A DNA stretch of 64,000 nucleotides, from positions 31,753 to 95,752 of the forward strand of contig CABXSY010000001.1 of assembly GCA_902514875.1 (NCBI GenBank). Direction: 5' to 3'. Positions 1 to 8,199 of this stretch are shown here, piece by piece; within the stretch, counting starts at the first letter, position 1; every line of letters begins with the position of its first letter. This DNA is from an uncultured Alphaproteobacteria bacterium. Lineage in GTDB: Bacteria; Pseudomonadota; Alphaproteobacteria; HIMB59; GCA-002718135. Under the pieces are notes generated by a model, which searched no databases, was not told the DNA's origin, and worked only from the letters and a program-made list of their open reading frames with translations. The translations under genes were made by a program, and so were the position numbers.

Positions 1-332
1 TCAAATTCACCTTCAATTTGTTTGTTTTTTCCAAAACCTTTTGTTTTTTTTCTAATGTAAATCATTTGTTTATCTAATTTTTGAGAAATAAAAGCAGCAT
101 AGGGAATTCCGGCAGTCTCTCCACCAGCAATAATTTCTGCCTCAATATTATTTTTAGTTAAATAATCTATGGCTTTATCAATTATAAAATTTCTTTCTTT
201 TGTAAAAGAAATAATTTTTCTACAATCAACATAAACAGGGCTAGCTAAGCCTGATGTTAGAGTAAAATAATTATCAAATGAAAAATTAACAGACTTTATA
301 TCTACTAATATTTTTGCTATCTCTTTTGACAT
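1..332 (-). CDS. pyrE: orotate phosphoribosyltransferase, N-terminal ~110 codons (gene runs off the left edge)
   Basis: Not in the ORF track because there is no stop in the window. Minus-strand ATG at 332-330, open to base 1. Hand translation MSKEIAKILVDIKSVNFSFDNYFTLTSGLASPVYVDCRKIISF...IIAGGETAGIPYAAFISQKLDKQMIYIRKK fits the OPRTase N-terminal pattern (F.L.SG..SP.Y.D.R ... GE.AGIP). Confidence 0.7.
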   Translation of the reverse strand, partial: MSKEIAKILVDIKSVNFSFDNYFTLTSGLASPVYVDCRKIISFTKERNFIIDKAIDYLTKNNIEAEIIAGGETAGIPYAAFISQKLDKQMIYIRKKTKGFGKNKQIEGEF

Positions 333-336
333 TTTT

Positions 337-810
337 TTAAGTTATTTGTGCAATATGTTCGAATGATAAATTTCCAGGCACAATCATTATTGGTATTCTT
401 AGATTTGTTATTTCATTACTCACCAAAGAAGTTATTATTGGACCAGGATTTTTACTATTTGGATCAGTATTGGCAGCTAAAACAAGAACATTAATATTTT
501 TTTCCTCATCTAATAATTGTTTTAACTCTGCTATAGTATCCCCCTCTCTTAAAGAGAGAGCAGGATAGTCACCTGTTCTTTCTTTGACAAATGAGGAAGC
601 TTTTTTAAGAATTGTTTCTGCTTCTTCTCTAGCTTCCTCTTTCATAATGTCTGTAACGCCCTTGGTTGTTAGAACATCCAAAGGCTCTATGAATGTTGCA
701 ATTATAATTTTTCTTCCCGTTTTTTTTGATCTTGCGCATGCATATTCAAGAGCAGTATTCATTTCTTCTGAATTATCTGCAACAACTAGAATATATCTAT
801 CATCACTCAT
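337..810 (-). CDS. universal stress protein (UspA-fold)
   Basis: 157 aa. ILVVADNSEE N-terminus and C-terminal ...IPIMIVPG are typical of the USP family. 4-nt overlap with the upstream gene. Confidence 0.7.
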   Translation of the reverse strand: MSDDRYILVVADNSEEMNTALEYACARSKKTGRKIIIATFIEPLDVLTTKGVTDIMKEEAREEAETILKKASSFVKERTGDYPALSLREGDTIAELKQLLDEEKNINVLVLAANTDPNSKNPGPIITSLVSNEITNLRIPIMIVPGNLSFEHIAQIT

Positions 811-1571
811 TTACTTCTCCTAAATAAAGCAGCAGCAATAAAACCTGAAAATATTGAAAAGATAATTACAAAAACTCCGTATGTTGCTGCATTTTCATTA
901 GCAAAGTCAAATATTTGACTTCCTATACCAGTTTTTTTTATAACTATATTTTTTTGATCAGTACTCATAATTGTATTATTTCTTATATAGTAAATATCAA
1001 CATTATAAATCCCTGGCATTGTATTTGTTGGAAAAAAAACGCTAGTTTGAAATAATTTATCTTTGACCTTTTTCATTTCAAAACTTTTATAAAATGATTG
1101 GTCTTTTTTTATTCTAACAAAATTTTCATTCCAAATTTTTTGGTCATTTTTAAAAATAAAATTTTGATTAAAAGTCTTATTATTTAAAATTTTTTCAAAA
1201 CTTAGATCCTCGTTAATTAATATCGATTCAGGCAAGATTTCGTTAATTTCTTTTGATGAGGATAAAAAGAATAAAGATGGAATGTTACTATAGGTAACGT
1301 ATTGATTATTTATCCATATTCCAAAATACCTCTCTTTTTTTTGTATTCTCATTTTTGATGGTGGACCTTTTATTGTCAAAAGTGTCTCATGATCATTTTT
1401 TAGTAATCCAAAAATAATAATTTCTTTTCCATTAAAATCTGTTTTTAATTCAATACTATCCTCAGATAAGTCAAAGTAAATTTCTTCAGCATGAAGAAAG
1501 TTATAAAAAAAAATTATAGTCAATAAAATTATTAGATTAAAAGTAAACTTTATATATAATTTTTTAATCAT
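807..1571 (-). CDS. TIGR02186-like alphaproteobacterial protein of unknown function (signal peptide plus C-terminal TM anchor)
   Basis: 254 aa. N-terminal signal-like segment (MIKKLYIKFTFNLIILLTIIFFYNFLHA) and one C-terminal TM helix (VFVIIFSIFSGFIAAALF). Lies next to a TSUP/DUF81 permease, as recalled for this family. Family assignment is from memory and was not searched. Confidence 0.5.
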   Translation of the reverse strand: MIKKLYIKFTFNLIILLTIIFFYNFLHAEEIYFDLSEDSIELKTDFNGKEIIIFGLLKNDHETLLTIKGPPSKMRIQKKERYFGIWINNQYVTYSNIPSLFFLSSSKEINEILPESILINEDLSFEKILNNKTFNQNFIFKNDQKIWNENFVRIKKDQSFYKSFEMKKVKDKLFQTSVFFPTNTMPGIYNVDIYYIRNNTIMSTDQKNIVIKKTGIGSQIFDFANENAATYGVFVIIFSIFSGFIAAALFRRSK

Positions 1572-1971
1572 CTATTTTTGTTACTTCTAAAATATAAAAT
1601 TCTAAATAAAATCCAATTAATGCAAAAATTGATACTAATAAAAAAGATACTTTCTCAACCAATATATCAACCACTAATATATCTTTTTGCATAAGCATAT
1701 AAATTGGAATTACAGTGGATAAAATAATAATACTTAGTTTTGCAAATGAATGATTAAATAATATGTCTTTAAATATTTTATTAAGATCTTTTTTAATAAA
1801 TACTCTGAAATTTGACCAAATATATATTTTGTTGAATGAATTTATAATAATTATTAGAATTAAAAAATATTCAATATTCTTTAGATTAAAATCAATAGTT
1901 GTAAAAATAAAATATATGAACAGACAAACTACGATCAATAAATTAATTGAAAAATTAAATATTGATATCAT
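1564..1971 (-). CDS. small polytopic membrane protein, unknown function
   Basis: 135 aa with about 4 hydrophobic helices. Fills the space between the TSUP and TIGR02186-like genes exactly, overlapping by 4 nt and 8 nt. I recognise no family. Confidence 0.45.
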   Translation of the reverse strand: MISIFNFSINLLIVVCLFIYFIFTTIDFNLKNIEYFLILIIIINSFNKIYIWSNFRVFIKKDLNKIFKDILFNHSFAKLSIIILSTVIPIYMLMQKDILVVDILVEKVSFLLVSIFALIGFYLEFYILEVTKIDD

Positions 1972-2882
1972 ATCATTACCAATGAAAATAAATCATTTGG
2001 CCTTAAAATTAGATCTGTAAAAATTTTACCACAGACACCAAGTACTAATATAGCCAAAATACCTCTCAAATATTCTGCTTTTAATTTAGATCCAAAAATT
2101 ACACCAATTTGGGCACCAATTACTCCTCCAAATATCATTAGTGCAGACAGCACAATATCTACATTATAATTTATGTAAGATTGAAAGAATGTTGCATTAG
2201 CGGTAACAAAAATGATTTGAAATAAAGATGTCCCAACTACTATATTTGTTGGCATTCCAAGTATGTATACCATTGCAGGTATCATTATAAATCCTCCTCC
2301 AACCCCCATCATTGCCGACATTACTCCAACTGCGAACCCTATCAGTACGGGTGGTATCGCACTTATATAAAGTTTTGATCTATGAAAGCGAACCTTGAAT
2401 GGAAGTCCGTGAAACCAAGAATGTTGATGCAATTTTGTTCTTTTAGTGTTTCTTGCTCTATACTGTTTTATTGTGGTTCTTGCGCTTTCAAAAGCCATAC
2501 TAAAACCAATAAAACCCAAAAAGAAAAGAAATAATAACTGAATAACTAAATCTATTTGCCCAAAGTTTTTTAGATAACTGAAAATATTTACACCAACTGT
2601 GGAGCCAATTAAACCTCCTATTAAAAGGAATATACCCATCTTTATATCAACATTTCTTTTTCTCCAGTGAGCAATAAAACCTGAAACTGAAGTTGCTAAA
2701 ACGTGCGGAGCTTCAGAACCAACAGCTACAACTGGGGGTATGCCTAAAAAAATTAATAGTGGTGTCATTAAAAATCCACCACCAACACCAAAAATACCTG
2801 AAAGTATTCCTATACTCATACCAATAAAGATGATGAGAAAAATATTGACGTTCATTTCAGCTATTGGAAGGTAAATTGACAT
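1968..2882 (-). CDS. TSUP (TauE/SafE, DUF81) family anion permease
   Basis: 304 aa, about 8 TM helices. Two internal repeats carry the G-rich motifs GIFGVGGGFLMTPLL and MGVGGGFIMIPAM. Confidence 0.8.
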   Translation of the reverse strand: MSIYLPIAEMNVNIFLIIFIGMSIGILSGIFGVGGGFLMTPLLIFLGIPPVVAVGSEAPHVLATSVSGFIAHWRKRNVDIKMGIFLLIGGLIGSTVGVNIFSYLKNFGQIDLVIQLLFLFFLGFIGFSMAFESARTTIKQYRARNTKRTKLHQHSWFHGLPFKVRFHRSKLYISAIPPVLIGFAVGVMSAMMGVGGGFIMIPAMVYILGMPTNIVVGTSLFQIIFVTANATFFQSYINYNVDIVLSALMIFGGVIGAQIGVIFGSKLKAEYLRGILAILVLGVCGKIFTDLILRPNDLFSLVMI

Positions 2883-2945
2883 GTTTTTTTATGAAATTTA
2901 TATAATTATTATTTAATAAGTACAAATTATATTTGTTTTAGAAAA

Positions 2946-4040
2946 TTATATAAGATTATTTAGTAATATGATTCCGATATAACTTACAATTCCAACACAA
3001 CAAGCTGCAGAAAAACCAACATAAAATGGTCTTATGCCTAAGCTTTTTAAAGAAACTAAATTTGTACTTATGCCAACAGCTGCCATTGCTATAGCTAAAG
3101 AATACTCAGCGATAGATTTAATAATATTGATAATTAATTGCCAGTTATTATTAGTTAATATTTCAAAAGCTAAATTACTATTTTGAATTCCATAATCTCC
3201 GATTGATCTTATAAGACCCATAAGAATAAAACCAATTATGAAAATTGGAAACATAGATATTAATGATGGTTTTCTATTATTTTCACCAATATTATTTTTT
3301 AGATACATATAGCTTATTGTAGGAATGACGATTATCATACTGACATTTCTTACTAATTTTGTAATGGTTGCTATATCCATAGTTTTTGGTGAATTGAATT
3401 GTTCCGCATATATCAATCCAGCACCAGCAACTTGAGCTGTTTCATGTATTGAAGTTCCAAGAAATAATCCTGATGCTAACTCATCTCCACTGAAAAGATA
3501 ATATGCCATAAATGGATAGAGGAACATTGCAATTATTCCAAATATTGTAATATTAGCTATGGCATAAGCAACTTCTTCTTTATCGGCATTAATTGCAGGA
3601 CTAGTTGCTACAATTGCGGATGCTCCACAAATACTTGTTCCAACTGCAATTAATGATCCCATTTTTGATGAAACCTTTAATAACTTACATAAATAATTTA
3701 CAACCAAGATTGATATAATAATACAAGCAACAATTAGAGGTATTCCAACTATTCCAACTTTAAAAATATCCAAAAGTCCTAGTCTAATACCAAGACATAT
3801 TATTCCTAATCTTAGAATAAATTTTAAAGAAAACTTAATTCCTTCTAATAAAAAATTATTAATTTGAAATATATTTCCTATCAAAAGACCAAATATTATT
3901 GATAGCATTATTGGTGATATTGGACTTTTTTTTAAATTTAAAATTTCTATTCCAATAAAATAACTCAGGTATATCCCTGAATAAGCAATTACAAAACAAA
4001 AGATAATTCCTGGGAATATTTTATATATAGAGCTTACCAT
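2946..4040 (-). CDS. YeiH/UPF0324 family putative sulfate exporter
   Basis: 364 aa polytopic membrane protein with GTSICGASAIVAT and GTSIHETAQVAGAG motifs. Confidence 0.7.
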   Translation of the reverse strand: MVSSIYKIFPGIIFCFVIAYSGIYLSYFIGIEILNLKKSPISPIMLSIIFGLLIGNIFQINNFLLEGIKFSLKFILRLGIICLGIRLGLLDIFKVGIVGIPLIVACIIISILVVNYLCKLLKVSSKMGSLIAVGTSICGASAIVATSPAINADKEEVAYAIANITIFGIIAMFLYPFMAYYLFSGDELASGLFLGTSIHETAQVAGAGLIYAEQFNSPKTMDIATITKLVRNVSMIIVIPTISYMYLKNNIGENNRKPSLISMFPIFIIGFILMGLIRSIGDYGIQNSNLAFEILTNNNWQLIINIIKSIAEYSLAIAMAAVGISTNLVSLKSLGIRPFYVGFSAACCVGIVSYIGIILLNNLI

Positions 4041-4091
4041 TTAAAACATTCTTTATACAAAAAAATTTTTTTTTATATATTTATATTAAGC

Positions 4092-4694
4092 TTAGATATT
4101 TTTTGCAGTATTCCATTCTTCTTGAGTATTTATATTAAAAAAATTCTTTTCCTGGTTTTTGTCAAATTCAACAAATTTATATTTGTGTTTTTTAACCCAA
4201 TACATAATTTTACTATTTTTTAATTTTAACTCATTTTCTAAACTATTTATTAGAGATATATGCCACATTGCTATTACAGGATGATGTCTATTATTTGATC
4301 TTGCAATCAATATTTTTATATTTTTATCATATGCCTCTAAAAATTTATCTAAAAGATTATCGGGTAAAAATGGGGTATCACTTGGAACAGTAAAAAGCCA
4401 TTCTTTGTTTGTGTAATTTTCTTTAGCCCATAACATGGATGTGTGAATCCCTGCTAAAGGTCCCAGAAATCCTTTGAATCTATCTTCAATTATTGGGTAA
4501 TTAATTTTCTTAAAATTTTCTAAGTCATTAGCATTTATTATTATTTCATTACTATATTTTTTTAACTTGTTTATAGTTTTGTCTAAGATTGTAATTCCAT
4601 TTATTTCGGCAAATGCTTTAAATCCACCTCCAAATCTTTTCGACTGACCGCCAGCAAGTATGGCAAACAAAATTTTTTTCTTATTTATGGTCAA
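4092..4694 (-). CDS. mobA: molybdenum cofactor guanylyltransferase
   Basis: 200 aa. LAGGQSKRFGG N-terminal nucleotide-binding motif, GPLAGI, and ...VPSDTPFLP. Confidence 0.85.
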   Translation of the reverse strand: MTINKKKILFAILAGGQSKRFGGGFKAFAEINGITILDKTINKLKKYSNEIIINANDLENFKKINYPIIEDRFKGFLGPLAGIHTSMLWAKENYTNKEWLFTVPSDTPFLPDNLLDKFLEAYDKNIKILIARSNNRHHPVIAMWHISLINSLENELKLKNSKIMYWVKKHKYKFVEFDKNQEKNFFNINTQEEWNTAKNI

Positions 4695-5499
4695 TTCTAA
4701 GCTCCCCAGAAAGTGCTAAATATTTTTTTCCTTTAGCTCGTCCAATAAGTGTTAAATTCGAACCTCTTGCCAACTCTACACCCCATGCTGTAAATCCTGA
4801 TCTAGAAATTAATATTGGAATACCCATTTTTATAGTTTTAATAACCATTTCACTAGTTAGTCTTCCTGTAGTGTAAAAAATTTTATTTGAAGATCTAATT
4901 TTTTTTAAAAACATAAAACCAGCAATTTTATCTACAGCATTATGTCTCCCGACATCTTCCATATAAATTAATGGTTTGTTATTATGAATAATGGCACAAC
5001 CATGTATTGCTCCTGTTTCTAAATATAAACTTGGTGTTAATGTTATTTTTTTTGAAATTTCATAAATCCATTTATGTTTAATCTTCTTTTTGGATTTTAA
5101 CTTTGATCTTTTTATTTCCTCATAGATATCTCCAAATACCGTTCCTATTGCACAACCACTTGTTGTTATCTTCTTTCTTAATTTATTTTCATAATTTGTT
5201 TTACGTTTTGTTCGTACAACAACCACACCTAAATCTTTATCAATTTCAACTTTTGAAATTATGTCATTTTTCTTAAGCATATTTTGATTTAATAAATACC
5301 CAACTGCAAGATATTTTGGATGATCACTAATAGACATTAATGTTACTATCTCCTGATTATTTAGAAAAATTGTAAGAGCTTTTTCATTAATAACTTTAGA
5401 AATTATTTTATTCCCTTTCTCATCAAAACCATTTAGTTTTGTAATTAAGGACTTATTATTAATATCAGGTGAGACTAAATATTTTTCTTTTTTTGCCAT
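4681..5499 (-). CDS. fdhD: formate dehydrogenase accessory sulfurtransferase FdhD
   Basis: 272 aa. Motifs SGCAIGT, EDVGRHNAVDKIAG, SGRLTSEMVIK and ISRSGFTAWGVELA. Overlaps mobA by 14 nt. Confidence 0.9.
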   Translation of the reverse strand: MAKKEKYLVSPDINNKSLITKLNGFDEKGNKIISKVINEKALTIFLNNQEIVTLMSISDHPKYLAVGYLLNQNMLKKNDIISKVEIDKDLGVVVVRTKRKTNYENKLRKKITTSGCAIGTVFGDIYEEIKRSKLKSKKKIKHKWIYEISKKITLTPSLYLETGAIHGCAIIHNNKPLIYMEDVGRHNAVDKIAGFMFLKKIRSSNKIFYTTGRLTSEMVIKTIKMGIPILISRSGFTAWGVELARGSNLTLIGRAKGKKYLALSGELRIDHK

Positions 5500-5525
5500 A
5501 TGTTGTAATTAAACTAATAATATAA

Positions 5526-6218
5526 ATGAACATATTAGAAATTTTTACAAATTCCATACTATTAATTATTACTCTAGATAATGAACTATGGGACATTATA
5601 CTTTTATCCTTATTTGTAAGTTTTACTGCTCTAATTATTGCATCATTGTTGGGATTTATAGTAGGATATCATTTTGCAATTTATAATTTTTATTTTAAAA
5701 AAATTATTTTAATAATCATAAACTCATTAATGGGAATTCCTCCAGTTGTAGTTGGTTTAATTGTTTATTTTATTTTTGCATCTGGGGGACCTTTAGGTAT
5801 CTTACAGCTTCTTTACACACCTTCTGCAATGATTATTGCTCAAACTATAATAATTTTTCCAATAATTGCTTCATTATCTCATGAGATATTTTCTAAAAAT
5901 TGGTTTGAATTTAAAGATCAGATAAGATCATTAAATATTCCTTTTTGGGGTTCCGTTAAACTTTTATTTAACCATAGTTATTTTTTATTAATAACAACAT
6001 TATTATCTGCTTTTGGAAGAGCAATTTCAGAGGTTGGTGCAGTTATGATTGTGGGTGGTAATATTGATCATTATACAAGAGTAATGACCACTGCTATTTC
6101 GTTAGAAACTAGAATGGGAAATTTAGAATACGCTATGGCATTAGGTTTAGTTTTAATATCAATAACAATAATCATTTACTCTCTTGTATATTTATTAAAT
6201 AATAGATCTATTAAATGA
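5526..6218 (+). CDS. ABC transporter permease, TupB-like (tungstate/oxyanion type)
   Basis: 230 aa, 5-6 TM helices. The segment SAFGRAISEVGAVMIVGGNIDHYTRVMTTAISLETRMGNLEYAMALGLVLI matches my recollection of the TupB-type permease signature. 4-nt overlap with mobB. Confidence 0.7.
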   Translation: MNILEIFTNSILLIITLDNELWDIILLSLFVSFTALIIASLLGFIVGYHFAIYNFYFKKIILIIINSLMGIPPVVVGLIVYFIFASGGPLGILQLLYTPSAMIIAQTIIIFPIIASLSHEIFSKNWFEFKDQIRSLNIPFWGSVKLLFNHSYFLLITTLLSAFGRAISEVGAVMIVGGNIDHYTRVMTTAISLETRMGNLEYAMALGLVLISITIIIYSLVYLLNNRSIK

Positions 6219-6697
6219 AAATAGTAGGAATTGTAGGCTGGAAGGACTCAGGGAAAACAACTATTGCAACCAAAATTATAAATAAACTTAGCTCAAAAAA
6301 TTTTCGTGTTGCTTCAATTAAACATGCACATCACGAATTTGATATAGATCATGAAAATACAGATAGCTTTAAGCATAGATCAGCGGGATCTTCTCAAGTA
6401 ATAGTAAGTTCATCGAAGCGATGGGTTAAAATATCAGAGCTAAACAATTCAAAAGAAAAAACGTTAGATGAATTAATCAATCAACTTTCAGAAATTGATA
6501 TTGTAATAGTGGAAGGGTTTAAATATGAAAATCACCCAAAAATTGAAATAATTAAAAATGATAATGATAATTATTTATTCAGCAAAATTAAAAATATAAA
6601 AGCTATTATTACAAATAATAAACTTGAAACTGACTTGAAAATTTTTATGAATGACGAAATTGATAATATAGTCAATTTTATTTTGAGAGAATTCTAG
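6215..6697 (+). CDS. mobB: molybdopterin-guanine dinucleotide biosynthesis adaptor MobB
   Basis: 160 aa. Walker A VGWKDSGKTT, followed by ASIKHAHHEFDID and SAGSSQV. Confidence 0.85.
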   Translation: MKIVGIVGWKDSGKTTIATKIINKLSSKNFRVASIKHAHHEFDIDHENTDSFKHRSAGSSQVIVSSSKRWVKISELNNSKEKTLDELINQLSEIDIVIVEGFKYENHPKIEIIKNDNDNYLFSKIKNIKAIITNNKLETDLKIFMNDEIDNIVNFILREF

Positions 6698-7911
6698 TGA
6701 ATAAATTACCTCTTACCAAAAAACAAATTGTTAATTTATTTAAAAAACAAAAGATTGTTATTGTTAATTCTGAAAAAGTTAATTTAGAGAATTCAGAGGA
6801 TAGATTTATTTATGAAAATATAAAAAGTAAAATTAATTTACCTCCTTTTAATAATTCTGCTGTAGACGGTTATGCTATTTTAAAAGTAGATTTAAAAACA
6901 AAAAAAATTTTTTTTTGTAACAGAAGAATTGCAGCTGGAGATAACAAAAATATAAAAGTTAAACCTGGTGAAGCAGTTCGAATTTTTACTGGGGCAAAAA
7001 TGCCCACGAATTCATCAACTGTAGTTATGCAGGAAAATACATACAAGAAAGGAAATAAAATTCATTTAATTAAAATTCCAAAATTTGGAGAAAATTATAG
7101 ACTAAAGGGTGAAGATATAAAAAAAAACCAAAAAATATTGGAAAAAGGGTCTAAATTAAATCAACAAAATATAAATTTAATTGCTGCTACTGGTATTAGT
7201 AAAATCAAAGTATTTAAAAAAATTAAAATTGGTTTCTTTACAAGTGGTAATGAATTACGAAAACCAACTAAAAATTTAAAAAATTCTGAAATTAATAATT
7301 CAAATTTTTATAGTTTAAATAATTTACTTGATAAGAATTTTATTGAAAAAAAATATTGTGGAAACCTCAAAGATAATTTTAAATCTATTAAAAATAAAAT
7401 TTTTAATTCTTCAAAAAAATTTAATGTAATAATAACTGCTGGCGGTGCATCTGTTGGCGATGAAGATCATATAATTAGAGTATTATCTGAATTAGGTAAG
7501 GTATATTTTTGGAGAGCAGCAATAAAACCAGGAAGACCAATCGCAGTTGGAAAAATAAATAAGTGCTACATAATTTGCTTACCAGGTAATCCAGTTTCTG
7601 TTCAATTACTATACTCAATGTTAGTAAAACCATTAATAGAAAAACTATCTGGTGGAAATTTTAAGCTCCCATCTTCAAGTAAAATTACAGCAAATTTTTC
7701 TATGAAGAAAAAAACAAAAAGAATGGAGTGGTTACGTGTAAATAAAGAAACTATAAATAATAAAAATATTGCAAATAAATTTCCTAAACAAGGTTCTGGC
7801 ATGATTAGTTCAATATCTTATTCAGATGGTATAATTGAAATTGATGAAAATGTTTCTCAAGTAAACAAGGGAGATATATTTGATTTTTATAGTTATGAAA
7901 GTTTATTTTAA
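6697..7911 (+). CDS. moeA: molybdopterin molybdenumtransferase MoeA
   Basis: 404 aa, GTG start. Motifs NSAVDGYAI, TAGGASVGDEDH and LPGNPVS. Confidence 0.9.
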   Translation: MNKLPLTKKQIVNLFKKQKIVIVNSEKVNLENSEDRFIYENIKSKINLPPFNNSAVDGYAILKVDLKTKKIFFCNRRIAAGDNKNIKVKPGEAVRIFTGAKMPTNSSTVVMQENTYKKGNKIHLIKIPKFGENYRLKGEDIKKNQKILEKGSKLNQQNINLIAATGISKIKVFKKIKIGFFTSGNELRKPTKNLKNSEINNSNFYSLNNLLDKNFIEKKYCGNLKDNFKSIKNKIFNSSKKFNVIITAGGASVGDEDHIIRVLSELGKVYFWRAAIKPGRPIAVGKINKCYIICLPGNPVSVQLLYSMLVKPLIEKLSGGNFKLPSSSKITANFSMKKKTKRMEWLRVNKETINNKNIANKFPKQGSGMISSISYSDGIIEIDENVSQVNKGDIFDFYSYESLF

Positions 7912-8159
7912 TTTTTAATTTTAAATATATAACGAATTACAATTTTATCTTTAATTTTTTCACAACTTAAATATTCAAAGTCAGACTGATCACAATAATG
8001 TTCAAAATCTGCTTCAGCCAAAGGATCAGTTGCAATAATTTTTATAATTGTATCTTTGTTTAATTCTGAAGCAAGTTTTCTAGCCTTAAGCACTGGTATA
8101 GGACATTCTGTACCACTAGTATCAAGAACTAATTCTTCATTTTCAACTGAATCTTTCAT
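7908..8159 (-). CDS. TusA/SirA-family sulfur carrier protein
   Basis: 83 aa with the conserved Cys-Pro-x-Pro motif (GTECPIPVLKARK). Divergent from fdsB. Confidence 0.7.
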   Translation of the reverse strand: MKDSVENEELVLDTSGTECPIPVLKARKLASELNKDTIIKIIATDPLAEADFEHYCDQSDFEYLSCEKIKDKIVIRYIFKIKN

Positions 8160-8199
8160 AGTTTTCTGATACTTAATATATAGTATAATATTAATTGGA

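Noticed and set aside
584-823. Short antisense or overlapping ORFs in the track (for example 584..823, 1763..2020, 7602..7802, 9939..10124, 11885..12082, 12172..12468, 13491..13718, 14199..14387, 16142..16351, 19594..20001, 20434..20761, 23450..23635, 25013..25288, 27427..27633, 31822..32088, 32300..32518, 32903..33166, 35020..35205, 35455..35736, 36551..36763, 36962..37201, 37547..37729, 38472..38750, 42182..42382, 48395..48598, 49347..49532, 51105..51431, 51584..51805, 53885..54256, 56182..56424, 56691..56891, 57331..57522, 57589..57771, 58985..59227, 59690..59893, 63422..63604)
   Set aside because: Each is nested in or opposite a confidently identified gene. None has recognisable motifs or independent translation signals.
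5500-5525. Riboswitches expected from gene content: Moco upstream of the permease-mobB-moeA genes, M-box upstream of mgtE, fluoride upstream of crcB
   Set aside because: The relevant spacers are only 26, 6 and 6 nt. They are far too short to hold these elements.
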